Source: Pelagomonas calceolata (taxonomy: Eukaryota). From it: a DNA stretch of 64,000 bases. A program made the position numbers and the translations under genes. The notes below the pieces were generated by a model. The model did no database searches. It was not told where the DNA came from and was given only the letters and a program-made list of their open reading frames with translations. Each line of letters begins with the position of its first letter. The first letter of the stretch is position 1. Positions 20,443-31,030 of this stretch are shown here, in pieces. Location of the stretch: the NCBI GenBank assembly GCA_918797485.1, contig CAKKNE010000006.1, forward strand, positions 2,418,001 through 2,482,000, in the 5' to 3' direction.

Positions 20443-20497
20443 GAAATTGAAAAGCTCCGCGCCCGCGAGACGCCGTCGCCGGGGAGCGCGTAAGAAC
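20412..20497 (+). repeat. Duplicated gene 3' end (51-bp period)
   Basis: ccgcgagacgccgtcgccgggga(at/gc)gcgtaagaa at 20412 and 20463. Confidence 0.85.
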
Positions 20498-20520
20498 GCA
20501 AAGGCTCACTAAAACTAAAC

Positions 20521-22014
20521 TTACATGACGCTGCACGCCGTCGTGCCGTACTCGCGCCACAGCATCGGGATCGCGTAGCACGTCGGGCAGCACGTGATGT
20601 CGAGCGAACCGATGATGTGGTGCCCAAAACACTTCTGGAACAAGGACCTGGCCTTGACCGGCTCGCCGAAGAAGAAGACGTCGTACGTGTACGGCGCGTG
20701 CTTGTATTTGGAGCCGACCTCGCCCAAATCCTCCCGCCGTCGCGGACCGGGGTCGTCCCCGAGCACGCGGTGGTCCAAACCCATCTGCGCGTCGCGCCGC
20801 TCGTGCCACGCCTCCAAAGTTTCGCCTTCCCGCCGCGGATTCGACGGCGCGTCATGAGCATACTTGATCTCCTCTTCGGTCCACCCATCTCGCTCCGCTA
20901 AAGCTTGCCACTTATCCTTTTGAGGGGCTCTGGAAAATTTGTCGCCCAGCCTCAGCTGGATCTCCCGGAATCTTTTTTTCCGCCTTTTGAGCGCGTTGCC
21001 CATGGCCCAGATACCTTCCAATGCGAGTACCGTACCTCTAAAGTCCAACGCCGTCAGCGTCTCGTTGTCCCGGAAGCCGTTAGCTAATTCCGCGGCCCCG
21101 CGCGCCGTAAAAAAATTCTCGCGGATGTCGAGGAACTCCAATCGCCCAAAGCTCACCTTGCCGAAACACTTGATTCCAGCGTCGAAGTGGTTGTTGCGCC
21201 GCGTTTGTAGCATGTTCACCGTGCAGCCCGCCTCGGATGAAATTAGTCTCGCCAAAGCCCTCGCGCCCTCGATGTGCGAGTGATTGCCACTTAAATCTAA
21301 TCGCTCCAACCCGATGTACCTCAGTCGTATGAGACCGTCGCATAAGCGCGCGACGCCGACGCCTCCTAATGAATTCTCGGCCAGATCCAATTCCTTGAGC
21401 ATGCCGACTTGCACGCCTCTCGTCCTATACACAGGATGCAACCCCTCCAGGATCAAGGGTATGCCTTCTCGCGTGATCAAGTTCGTTCGAAGTCGAGCGG
21501 CCCGCATGTGCGAGAACCCGGCCTCGTCCTCCTCAAATAAATGAATAGCTTTGAGCAGCGTCCCTAGCTGCCGGCCCGCGTCCCGGTTCAAGCCCCGCAA
21601 CTCCTTCCGGATTTCTCTGGATTTGGTTGATTTAGCACCAAAAAACTTCAACGCGTCGACCATGGCCTCCATGACGGGGCCCTTCTCGTCCTCTCGTCTT
21701 TTTTGACCGGCCTCCGTGTGCGCGGGAGCTTCTGATTCCAATTCCCAGCCGAAATCTTCTCCGATCAACGCGTTCTCCTCCGGCAGGATGCCCGCCTCCT
21801 TCCACAATTCTCGAACCTCCTCCTTGATATAGGAAGGCCAGTTCACCTTGATCTCGGGCTCGCTCGGTTCCTTCTCCTCTTCCGGCTCAGGCGCGACCTT
21901 CACGACGCCCCGCGCGGCCCACTCTTTATCACTTGCGGCGGCCTTCTCGCGCTGTTCGGCGTCGGCGGCGGCGAACATGGCCCCGTAGGGGTCGTCGTCG
22001 TTGGAGAAGCCCAT
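20521..22014 (-). CDS. RI-like leucine-rich repeat protein
   Basis: LKELDLAENSLG, LERLDLSGN, LEFLDIRENFF, LTALDFRG; first ATG at 22014. Confidence 0.7.
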   Translation of the reverse strand: MGFSNDDDPYGAMFAAADAEQREKAAASDKEWAARGVVKVAPEPEEEKEPSEPEIKVNWPSYIKEEVRELWKEAGILPEENALIGEDFGWELESEAPAHTEAGQKRREDEKGPVMEAMVDALKFFGAKSTKSREIRKELRGLNRDAGRQLGTLLKAIHLFEEDEAGFSHMRAARLRTNLITREGIPLILEGLHPVYRTRGVQVGMLKELDLAENSLGGVGVARLCDGLIRLRYIGLERLDLSGNHSHIEGARALARLISSEAGCTVNMLQTRRNNHFDAGIKCFGKVSFGRLEFLDIRENFFTARGAAELANGFRDNETLTALDFRGTVLALEGIWAMGNALKRRKKRFREIQLRLGDKFSRAPQKDKWQALAERDGWTEEEIKYAHDAPSNPRREGETLEAWHERRDAQMGLDHRVLGDDPGPRRREDLGEVGSKYKHAPYTYDVFFFGEPVKARSLFQKCFGHHIIGSLDITCCPTCYAIPMLWREYGTTACSVM

Positions 22015-22172
22015 GGCTGTCGAGTGCCCCTGCCTTGGGGCCGGTCTCACGCTGCCCCGCCGGGTGCGGCTCGCGACGGCGGCGTGCACGAGGGCTTGCC
22101 GCGATGCGAGGGCAGCCCTCGGGGCCCTCGACGACGCGGACAAGCTCGTTACAGGCTTTACAGCGGCCGGCG

Positions 22173-22195
22173 CTAGTATCTTACCTGCCGCTAGC
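22173..22195. promoter_or_regulatory. CTAG-bounded upstream motif (reverse)
   Basis: ctagtatcttacctgccgctagc, between divergent genes. Confidence 0.6.
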
Positions 22196-22384
22196 TAATT
22201 ATCAGCGTGAAGAACGACGAGCCGCACGTAGCGATATAGAGTACCTAGCGGTCCTCTAAAGGGGGCGACAGACCCAGACACATAGCATCTCTGAACGGCT
22301 AGAGCGAGAGCCGCTGGAAGCACTCGTGCATAAAACTGCACGCTGCACTCGAGGCAGCAGTGCAGCAGTGCAGCGGCGGGCGAG

Positions 22385-23329
22385 ATGGCAGCGCAGCACC
22401 TCGCCGCGCTGTCGTTAGATGATAGACCAAAAGTATCGGACGGCGTCGTCGCGGACGCGGCGCCGGGCGTCGCCTGGTTGGATGCAAGGACGCCGGGCGC
22501 GGGCTGGGCTTTATCTGTAGAGCCGTTCGACGAGTCTGATTTCGGGCTAGAGGAAGGCGACGCGGTGCCGGACCTAAACATAGATCAAGAGGATGGCATC
22601 CTGTCCCTGCTCAATTCATCTCAAAGAGCTAGGGCATACCACGTCTCGATATATGACAGGACGCTCACGGCATCACATGGCACCTTAACATCATGCCCAT
22701 GTCGAGGACGGCGCTGCACGACGTTATCAGTAGCGGTGCCACCTAGAACATCAGTAGACGTCTGCGAAGTCGAGGGCGACGCGTTGACTGTGGACCTCGC
22801 GTCGGACGTGGTCGACATCGTGGAACCTACAGAACTGGAGGCGAGGACGTACGACGTCTTCCCCCTACCTAGTGAAGGGGGCCCGTGGCTCTGCACGCAG
22901 GCTTCCGGTGGTTTGTTGTCGCACTATGCTCATGCTTCGACATATCATGCTGTAGATTTTAGATGTCCGGAAGGTACACCATGTCTAGCAATTGCGGATG
23001 GCGTCATCCACGCCGTCGACGTCGCCAACGAAGATGGCGGCATCCACGTCTCGGAGCTATTTCGGTGGAATGCCGTGACGGTGCAATTGGACGACGGCTT
23101 CTTCGCGGAGTACGTTCATATACGGTCGTCGGCATGTAAGGTCGGCGACCGCGTGAGGAAGGGAGATATCATAGGAGCGACGGGGGCCGTCGGCTTCTGC
23201 CCCGAGCCCCACCTTCACTTGGAGGTCCACGCGTCGGCGGCGAAGGACGCTCCTTCTGTGCCGTTGCGCTTTGGCGATCGGGTGCCCCGGGCCGGGGAGT
23301 GGTGGGACGGGTACGCGGCGTCCTCGTAG
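22385..23329 (+). CDS. Peptidase M23 family protein
   Basis: HAVDF (HxxD-type), YVHI..VGDRVRKGDIIGATGAVG, PHLHLEV (HxH). Confidence 0.8.
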   Translation: MAAQHLAALSLDDRPKVSDGVVADAAPGVAWLDARTPGAGWALSVEPFDESDFGLEEGDAVPDLNIDQEDGILSLLNSSQRARAYHVSIYDRTLTASHGTLTSCPCRGRRCTTLSVAVPPRTSVDVCEVEGDALTVDLASDVVDIVEPTELEARTYDVFPLPSEGGPWLCTQASGGLLSHYAHASTYHAVDFRCPEGTPCLAIADGVIHAVDVANEDGGIHVSELFRWNAVTVQLDDGFFAEYVHIRSSACKVGDRVRKGDIIGATGAVGFCPEPHLHLEVHASAAKDAPSVPLRFGDRVPRAGEWWDGYAASS

Positions 23330-23728
23330 TTTTGTAAGTTGTATGTCTGGTGTTGAGGGACGCAGCGACGGCGTATTGACTGATGCAGTGATGCCGACTG
23401 CCAGTGAACCCGCACAAAATTTCTGAATTTGCCCGAGGCCGCCAGAGCCCGTCCTAGCACGCCTCTAAGCCTCGCATCAGGGGTTGATTGCTCCCGTTTG
23501 CGCGGCTCGGTCGGCCTGCTTGCGAACAAGTCGTTGCTAACAAAAGCACGCCGCAGGCCACCATTTTTGGGCCGGTGCTCGCTTGAGCACTGCTGCGGGC
23601 TCACATTTATCACTGACGCTCGAGCGCACCACCAGGCGCAAACCAGTTTGGCGGTTTACACGCTGCGCACACAGTTGCGCAATCGCAGCGCGCCGACGCC
23701 AGCGCCCCCGCGCAAGACCACCACAGCC

Positions 23729-26700
23729 ATGGCCGAGGACCAGACCAGCCAAAATTTAACAGTCGCCGTCCGCGTCCGGCCCCTGTCGGCGACCGAGCAG
23801 AAGCGCAAGGTCGCGAAGGTCGTCCAGTCCTCTGGGAACCGTGTTATTGTCACCCATGGCCCCGGCGGGCGAGGGCCCGACCGCACGTACAATTATGATA
23901 GAGTCTTCTCGCCCTACGCGGCCCAAGAACACGTCTTCGAGAGTTTAGTATCACCCGTGGTCGATGAAGTGCTCCGAGGTTTTAATTGCACGGTCTTCGC
24001 GTATGGGCCCACCGGTACGGGGAAGACCCACACCATGGAAGGCACTTCTGAGGATGCCGGCCTGGCACCGCGCTGCGCCAAAGCACTGTTCGCGAGGCTC
24101 GAAAAACAGAAGACAAAAGCTGGGGAAGCGGACTTTCAGATCAAGGCGAGCTGCCTCGAGATCTACAACGAGGAGCTGAGCGATTTGTTCGCTATTGATG
24201 ATGAGCCTTCACAAAGAACGACGTCCGCCGCGATGGCGTTACATACAAAACCCAACCCCCAGAAAAGGCCTCTGAGGTTGGTGGAAGCGGCCAATAAATC
24301 AGGAGTGACCTGCGCCAACCTCGAGGAGGTCGTGTGTGGTGACGTCGACGCTTGTCTGAAGGCCTTGCAGAAAGGGGCGTCCAATCGACGAATCGCGTCG
24401 ACAAAATGCAACGACAAGTCGTCTCGGTCCCACGCCTTGTATACGCTGAAGGTCTGCGTGCGGTCGCTGACGGAAGACGGGCGCGACTTGATCGTGAACG
24501 GTCAGTTGAATCTCGTTGATCTCGCAGGGTCCGAGTGCGTCGGCCGATCGGGCGCGACGGACAAGCGCGCGCGAGAGGCCGGTTCGATCAACCAGTCGCT
24601 CTTGACGCTCGGTAGAGTCATCACTGCATTAGTGTCGGCAGGAGAGTCGAAATATGTACCATACAGAGACAGCAAACTCACAAGGTTGCTCCAAGATAGC
24701 TTAGGCGGCAAGGCGAAGACGACGTTAATAGCCACGGTCGCCCCCGGCAAGGACTGCGTCGAGGAGACGCTGTCGACGTTACAGTACGCGCTTCGGGCTC
24801 GATCCATCCAAAATAGACCCGAGCAGCACGCTAGGTACCACGGGAAAGCGATAGTAAGGGCCCACGCGCGGGAGGTCGACGAGCTCCAACGGTTACTGGC
24901 TTGTCAGCGGGAGAAGAACGGCGGCATCTATGTGGACGGGGACCAGTGGGAGAGCATGCAGGGGGAATTGGCGTCTCGCAAGGCCGAGCTTGAGGAGTTG
25001 GGCGAGGAGCTTGCCAATGCTCGTATCCAGGCCCTGGAGGCGGAGAAGAAGTTGGACGACGCGCGCGAGGAGGCCGACGCACAGCGGGAGCTGCGTGTTT
25101 CTGCGGAGAAGGCGCGCGACGAGGCGCTCGAGGGGAAGCGACTGGCCGAGGAGGCGCATCGGGCGGAGGTACGAGCGCATTCTGATACTAAAAAAGTGCT
25201 CGAGGCTCATCAGAGGAATGAGCGCGTCTTGTTACAGCATGGAGCGTTGCTCAAGGGTCATGTCAGGGAGGCGGCTCAAGACTTGGACGCGTCCGCCGAG
25301 GAGTTGCAGCAGTGGCGCCAGGCTCTAGATGACACGGTGACGAAATGTAAAGCGACGGCGTCGTCGCTGAGTGACGAGCGGAAGCCGGCCTTGACCGAGG
25401 CCGTCGCGGCCCTCGAAGCGGCTCTAGAAAGACAATCCAAGGACGCGGAACGCGCTCGTGCATCGCTAGAAAAGGGCGCGTCGACGGCGCTGCAAGAGTG
25501 CGTCGACGCGCTGCGCGAGGGACCCGTGGCTTCGTTGTGCCGCGCCGTAAAAGCCGCGGCGGCCGAGGATTTGGACCTCGCGTCGCAGCGGCGAGACCGC
25601 GTCGCGACGATGATGCGCGACGCCGTCGACGGCATCGGGAACGTTCAAAAGGCGTCGGAGACGATGGCCGATAACGCGAAGGGACGAGCCCAGCGCATCT
25701 CTCACATCTTGAATGAAGCGCGACAGGCGCTCGACCGGGCGAAGGCTCACATGGAGGAGAGTGGAGCGTCTGTGATGGAGAAGGCCGCCGAGGGTGCTGA
25801 GAAAGTTATCGAGGCGGCGAGGCCCTGCGTGGCACGGGTCGACGAGGCTGCGGCCGCGAGACAGGCCTTCGCGGAAGCGCGCGAGATCGCGTTGCAGGCC
25901 TTCCGGGCCCAGGAGGCGGAGGCACGAGAACAGCGAAGGGCGGAGCTCGAGAAGACCCTCGCCGCGTGGGAGGCTTCCAGTGAAGAACGGGCCGCGGACT
26001 TCGCGGACGCTCTTGCAAAGACGGAGGCCGACGCCTCTGCGAAGCTCGCCGCGGCGGACGACGTGCAGAGGACGGCGCTTTCTACATTAACGGACGAGAC
26101 CGTGCCCGCGTTCGTCGCCGAGGTGCAGGGCGACGTCACAAGACTCGTCGAGCGCTGCGGCGACGACTTGGACGCCGTGTCCGGCGATCTGCCGCTGGAC
26201 CAGGTCGCCTCGTTCCAGAGCGACCTCGATGGGGCGGCCGTCTCTAGTATTGCGGCGGCGGCGTCCAAGGCCGGTGAGGCGGCTTCAGTCGAGGCGGGCG
26301 ACCTCGACGCGTGCGAGACGGAGGCGTGTGGAGCGGCGCGTATCACAAAAGCGGACGCTTTGATGGCGACGGCGGCCGAGGCCGCGCGCGCGGCGAACGA
26401 GAACCTCGCCGGGGCCTGCGAGGCGTCGGCGGCGGCCTTGCATGACGCGGCCGCGAGCGCGGCGCGCGCGTCGAAGGAGGCGGCGCAGCGCCACGCCGTG
26501 GTTGTTTCTGGTGCCGTCGACGCGGCCGCGACCTTGGGTGAGGAGGCGGCGGCGACGGCCGCGGCGCGGGCCGAGGCCTCCGTTCCAAGGGAGGGCGCGC
26601 CGCACGTGGCGCGAAGTGATAGCGTGGCCCTCGACCCGACGCCGCCGGCGGCGCAGATCTTGGCGGCGGACGCCCCGCCGCCGGCGCCTCCCGTAGTACG

Positions 26701-26830
26701 GGCGCCGGCCGCCGAGAACGTGCCGCCCGCCGCGCCGCCCGTAAAGGCGCCGCCCGCGCCGCCGGCGAAGGGCATCCTCTCGCGGCGGCCCGAGGGCCTG
26801 CCGCCGCTGCGTTCGCGGTCGAACAACTAG
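23729..26830 (+). CDS. KIF11: Kinesin-5 (BimC/Eg5-like) motor
   Basis: GFNCTVFAYGPTGTGKTHTMEG, SSRSH, LVDLAGSECVGRSGA, REAGSINQSLLTLGRVI, PYRDSKLTRLLQDSLGG, REKNGGIY; long coiled coil. Confidence 0.88.
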   Translation: MAEDQTSQNLTVAVRVRPLSATEQKRKVAKVVQSSGNRVIVTHGPGGRGPDRTYNYDRVFSPYAAQEHVFESLVSPVVDEVLRGFNCTVFAYGPTGTGKTHTMEGTSEDAGLAPRCAKALFARLEKQKTKAGEADFQIKASCLEIYNEELSDLFAIDDEPSQRTTSAAMALHTKPNPQKRPLRLVEAANKSGVTCANLEEVVCGDVDACLKALQKGASNRRIASTKCNDKSSRSHALYTLKVCVRSLTEDGRDLIVNGQLNLVDLAGSECVGRSGATDKRAREAGSINQSLLTLGRVITALVSAGESKYVPYRDSKLTRLLQDSLGGKAKTTLIATVAPGKDCVEETLSTLQYALRARSIQNRPEQHARYHGKAIVRAHAREVDELQRLLACQREKNGGIYVDGDQWESMQGELASRKAELEELGEELANARIQALEAEKKLDDAREEADAQRELRVSAEKARDEALEGKRLAEEAHRAEVRAHSDTKKVLEAHQRNERVLLQHGALLKGHVREAAQDLDASAEELQQWRQALDDTVTKCKATASSLSDERKPALTEAVAALEAALERQSKDAERARASLEKGASTALQECVDALREGPVASLCRAVKAAAAEDLDLASQRRDRVATMMRDAVDGIGNVQKASETMADNAKGRAQRISHILNEARQALDRAKAHMEESGASVMEKAAEGAEKVIEAARPCVARVDEAAAARQAFAEAREIALQAFRAQEAEAREQRRAELEKTLAAWEASSEERAADFADALAKTEADASAKLAAADDVQRTALSTLTDETVPAFVAEVQGDVTRLVERCGDDLDAVSGDLPLDQVASFQSDLDGAAVSSIAAAASKAGEAASVEAGDLDACETEACGAARITKADALMATAAEAARAANENLAGACEASAAALHDAAASAARASKEAAQRHAVVVSGAVDAAATLGEEAAATAAARAEASVPREGAPHVARSDSVALDPTPPAAQILAADAPPPAPPVVRAPAAENVPPAAPPVKAPPAPPAKGILSRRPEGLPPLRSRSNN

Positions 26831-27006
26831 CTGACAAGACCAACGACTCTTTCGCGCGCGCTCTTCCCCTCCCCTCCGATTTAACACTGGGTGTGCGCTG
26901 ATTCACTTTAGAGCGAGTCGCTTATTGAGCTAGCCCTCTTAGCACGGCCGATCCGTTAGCAAACCTCGGGGGGACTATTGTTACGCAAACCTCGGCTAAA
27001 AAAATG

Positions 27007-27029
27007 CTAGTGCCTTACAGGCCGCTAGC
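27007..27029. promoter_or_regulatory. CTAG-bounded upstream motif (reverse)
   Basis: ctagtgccttacaggccgctagc, upstream of the ArfGAP gene. Confidence 0.6.
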
Positions 27030-27272
27030 TAACTCGATTTTTGGGGCCGCAGCAGCACGCCTCCTGTGCAAGCCTCGGCCCAATAGCCAGCGTTTCGCAT
27101 CACCTTAGAAGCGCTGAGTTGCAGGGGTACGGAGAAATAGCGCGCCAGAGGGCTGCTGCAGGCCGGAGCGCATTTCTCCCTTGCACCACTCGCAGGGCCG
27201 ACAGCTGTAGGCGTCGACGCGACAGCTGACGCGTCGACGCGACGTCCCCGACGCCATCGGCGCGACAGAACG

Positions 27273-29648
27273 ATGGCCACCGCCACCTTCTCGACGCCCG
27301 TCCGGGAAGCCCTGGCGAAGTACGGCGCCTAGCTGTGTGGAATCAAACAGTGAGTTAGTTTCCTCGCGTCGATGGCGTGCAATCTACACGCCATCGAGCA
27401 GATGCTGTTACGGGGACGACGTCGCGTCGATGGCGTGGGGCATCCAAAATTTGATTTCCACACAGACATACAGGATTTAGCGTTTAGCAACGAGTCGCCG
27501 AGGTTTCGGGCCGGCTACGATTGGCACCGGCAAGAGTTACAAATTGCAGATGAACATTTAGAGCGACTCACGAGTGGAAGTCAAGCGGTCGTAAGGGCCT
27601 TACAAGTGCTCGGAAGTGCCTCGGGTCGACTCGCAGCTGATCTAGAAAGGACGCCGGCCGTGTTTCAAGCATTACCAGTCACAGCCCGACTAGCCGGTGT
27701 TTTGCAAGATCTGGCGTCGGCCGGTGATGTCTTAGCTGAATCGTTAGATCTCTCATTACGGACACCCTTGGACGCCCTGCGGTCTGATGTCAGTAGAATC
27801 GACGACAAAAAACGCGCGTGCGACCGCGCCGACGACCAAGCTTCGTCTACGGAGGCCGATTTATTAAGGGGCGACTGGCGGCGAGTGGAGAGAGATGTGT
27901 TGAGAGGCGAGAAGCTGCGGAGTCGGGGCGAGGAGTCGGACCTGCCTCGAAGCATCGCGGCCGTGGTCGATCAACGCGCTAGGAACTGCGCGGAATCTCG
28001 GAGGTTGGCGGAACTGCGACGGTTTGAACTCGCGAGGTTCACGTCATCGTTACGACGACGGACGGGGCTCGTCCTGGCGGAAGCCGCGTTAGCTGCTCTC
28101 TGTTCCTTGCGGGCGTTCCACGCCCAGGCCGCGCACGCCGTCTCCGATGCGACCACAGCGGCGCATGCGGCACACACCACAATCGCGAACGCGTGCGACG
28201 CGGAACGGGCGCCCTGGGATTACCGCATGCTCAAGTTGCAGGAGACGTTGAATGCGATGCCCCACCTCTCGTCCCAAAATTCGAGCTTCGTCAAGGCCCA
28301 CGAGGGTCAACCAGTAGATGATTTGTTGAGGGCCGCGGAGAGCGCTTACGGCACTTATGATGTTGAGTCGAGGTTGTCTTCTCTCTATGCTCCTTCTCAA
28401 ACATCTTCCTCGTTGGAGGGCTACCTCTGGTGTCAAACAGTAGGTATTCGGAGCGGCCCCTGGCAGCGGCGCTACTTTTTACTTGGAAGTGCGGAGCTAC
28501 GCGTCTCCAAGAGCGAACCTTCGACGATCGGTGGTTTGTTGTCGGCAGCTCTCGCTAGAGAGTTATCCGAGGACGAGATGCGTCAGAACAACGACGACGA
28601 GACGGAGTTAGTTGCTACCCTTTTACTCTCTTCGGTGAAAACGTGTACGACCGCGAGGTGTGCCTTCGAGGTCCGATCCGCCCACGGCTCACCGTTACGC
28701 TTGCAAGCTAGAGGTGATGCGGACCTCACGAGGTGGACGCAAGCCATCACCAAGGCCATCGCCGACCAATTGACCAGAACACCAAAAGCTTCGAAGAAGG
28801 TCGCGACGCCCGCACCAGTGATGACGAAGACGCCCTCGTCCAAGAGCCCTTTCCTGCGGCGGACCGTGTCTACGTCACCCGCACCATTACCGAAGCAAGG
28901 TGAACTGCTCCGTTCATTTTCGTCGCCCGAGATGAATGATAGACCCTACACGCCGCCGCCGCCGCCGCCCGCCGCGTCGCCCACCGGAATAAGGGAGGCC
29001 GCGCGGTTGCGGCGCGTCGCCGCCGTCGAAGCCTTATCGACGACTTGTTGTGACTGCGGTGCTAAACGCCCTGAGTGGGCGGTCATCAATCGCGGGTGTT
29101 TGGTCTGTTTGAGGTGTTCCGGCGTTCACAGAAGCTTGGGCACGCACGTCTCCAAAGTCCGTTCGTTGCGCTTGGATCGGCTATCGGACGCGACGCTACG
29201 CTTTTTAGAAGCTGTGGGCAACGACCGATGCAACGAGGTCTTCGAGGCGGCTTTGGCGCCAGACATGAAGCCCCGCCAGAACACGGACTCGAAACGGCTG
29301 CAAGCGTTCATTCGCGCGAAGTGGGCGCAGCGGGCCTACGTTTCCAGCGACGGTGTGGATCCGGATGGCGCGTTGCGCGATGCCGTCAGTTCATCAGACG
29401 TCTTGAGCGCTCTTGCGGCGCTGGCCGCGGCGCCGGACCCCTCGGCGTTGCTGGCGCGGCGGGACGGCGGCGAGGCGCCCCTGCACCTCGCGGCGCAGAA
29501 AGGCGACCTCGTCGTCGCGGCGCTGCTCGTGCTGAACGGCGACAGCGGCGAGTTGCTGAACGCGGTCGACGCCGAGGGGCGGCGGCCGCACGACCTGCTG
29601 TCGGGCGACGCGGCGGAGGCGCTCGCGGAGCTGCTGCGGCCGCGGTAG
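27273..29648 (+). CDS. ACAP-type ArfGAP (BAR-PH-ArfGAP-ankyrin); exons 27273-27324 and 27466-29648
   Basis: Spliced N-terminus ...LAKY/DIQDLAFSNESPRFRA; PH segment EGYLW..WQRRYF; CCDCGAKRPEWAVIN..CLRCSGVHRSLGTHVSKVRSL; PLHLAA. Confidence 0.82.
27325..27465 (+). mobile_element. Introner-type GC-AG intron (141 nt; TIR element 27333-27465)
   Basis: TIRs ctgtgtggaatcaa / ttgatttccacacag; GC lies 8 nt before the left TIR; removal deletes an in-frame TAG; TSD not conserved. Confidence 0.75.
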
Positions 29649-29659
29649 TAGGGGGTATC

Positions 29660-30784
29660 TTAACTTATGGTTTTTCTTACAAGGATGGTTCGCGCGTCTC
29701 GTATTTCAGCCTCAATGTCCACTGTGAGCGGGTGCGCGCCACCTAACACGCGCCGCGCGGTCCGTTCCACGTCCTCGAGCGTCGTCACGGCCTTGCGGAG
29801 ATCGTCAAGCGTGGCGGCGGGGTCCGCGTAGATCGTCTGCGCGTAAAGCCACCTCATCTTGAGCGTGAGTCTATGCCCTTCTCCGAGAACGCGTCGCACC
29901 AAGGGCATCGTTCTGCGCACCAGCGACCTGGCTTCTCCGAAGCGCTGTAGCCGGGCAAGGGACGACGCGTAGTTGTTGGCCGCTCGGAGGGTCTCTTCAT
30001 GTTCTTCGCCGCCGAGCCTCAAACGTCCAAAGTACACGTCTCGCTTAATTAGAACGGCCTCGTCATACCGTCCCAGTACCTCATACGTGCTCGAAATATT
30101 GCTCTGCGCGACGAGAATGGCGACTTCTGACTTACCATTGCGCCGCACCAAAGACAACCGGGACTCATACACGGACAACGCATCCTCGAGGTGGCCCGCC
30201 TTGAATAAACCGTTCCCAAGTATCGACATCGTCATGTTTCGAACCTGATTTGTCTCCGGCCGGCCCAGGTACGTTTTCCAGCACGCCCACGCGAGCGCGC
30301 CCCGCACGACGCCGTGGTAGTCTTGCTCGCACAAACTGCACGTGTCCCACCGGCGCCACCTCTCATCCAACACCTTGTTGTCCAAATTATTCTCCTCGGC
30401 CTCCGCGAACAAAATCTTCGCCTGCTCCGCCAGGCACGAAACATGCGCAAATCCTGCCGTCCCGCGGCACGAGCACCCGCGCACGAGACCCTCCTTCGTT
30501 TTCCAGTGGAGGGCTTGGGTGCAGATGTAGCAGGTCTGGCCCTTCGTGTCGTCGGCGCACTTCTCGACCGCGACCGCGACAGCCTCCGCGTACTTGGTAT
30601 TTGCGTTGTATTGTTCCGCGCCGCCCGCTTTTTTTATCTTCTTGCAGAGCTTGTCGTGGCCGCCTTCTTTCCAGTGCTGCACCTGGCATTCGGCTCCGCA
30701 GTAGCGCGTGCTGCAGCGGCCGCATTTCTTGCCCAAGGTTAGCCCAAGCTCGGTGGCGCAGACGGCGCACTGCGTGAGGATCAT
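29660..30784 (-). CDS. MYND zinc finger + RING-variant + TPR protein, copy 3
   Basis: Same central block (ADDTKGQTCYICTQALHWKTKEGLVRGCSCRG) with a divergent MYND; ATG at 30784. Confidence 0.85.
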   Translation of the reverse strand: MILTQCAVCATELGLTLGKKCGRCSTRYCGAECQVQHWKEGGHDKLCKKIKKAGGAEQYNANTKYAEAVAVAVEKCADDTKGQTCYICTQALHWKTKEGLVRGCSCRGTAGFAHVSCLAEQAKILFAEAEENNLDNKVLDERWRRWDTCSLCEQDYHGVVRGALAWACWKTYLGRPETNQVRNMTMSILGNGLFKAGHLEDALSVYESRLSLVRRNGKSEVAILVAQSNISSTYEVLGRYDEAVLIKRDVYFGRLRLGGEEHEETLRAANNYASSLARLQRFGEARSLVRRTMPLVRRVLGEGHRLTLKMRWLYAQTIYADPAATLDDLRKAVTTLEDVERTARRVLGGAHPLTVDIEAEIRDARTILVRKTIS

Positions 30785-30860
30785 CTTGTATATGGTTAAA
30801 TCGCTTGGGGGCAGCCGTACGATGCAAAAGCACACTCGATACGCTTTTTTGTTTTTGTTG

Positions 30861-30884
30861 CTAGTGTGTCTTACGGCCGCTAGC
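30861..30884. promoter_or_regulatory. CTAG-bounded upstream motif (reverse)
   Basis: ctagtgtgtcttacggccgctagc, between divergent genes. Confidence 0.6.
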
Positions 30885-31030
30885 TAGCTTTTCACCAAAG
30901 GCTTGCAGCCGCCACTGCTGCTGACTATATTGCTAGATAAATTAGCCCAAGACAATCGCCTCAACGCCCTATCGACGAATTCGTGCAAAGCCTGCACCGC
31001 TAACTGCAGTGCAGCTTTGCAGCCTGCACA

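Noticed and set aside
18049..20497. MYND-TPR pair as a TIR transposon bounded by 43-bp inverted repeats
   Set aside because: The inverted repeats are paralogous gene ends, homology continues into the 3' UTRs, and no TSD is visible
27372..27465. ORF-track N-terminus MACNLHAIEQ...KFDFHT of the ArfGAP
   Set aside because: This is translated introner sequence; similar peptides (WRGGRRDDS, KFDF.T, LISTQ) appear in the other inserts
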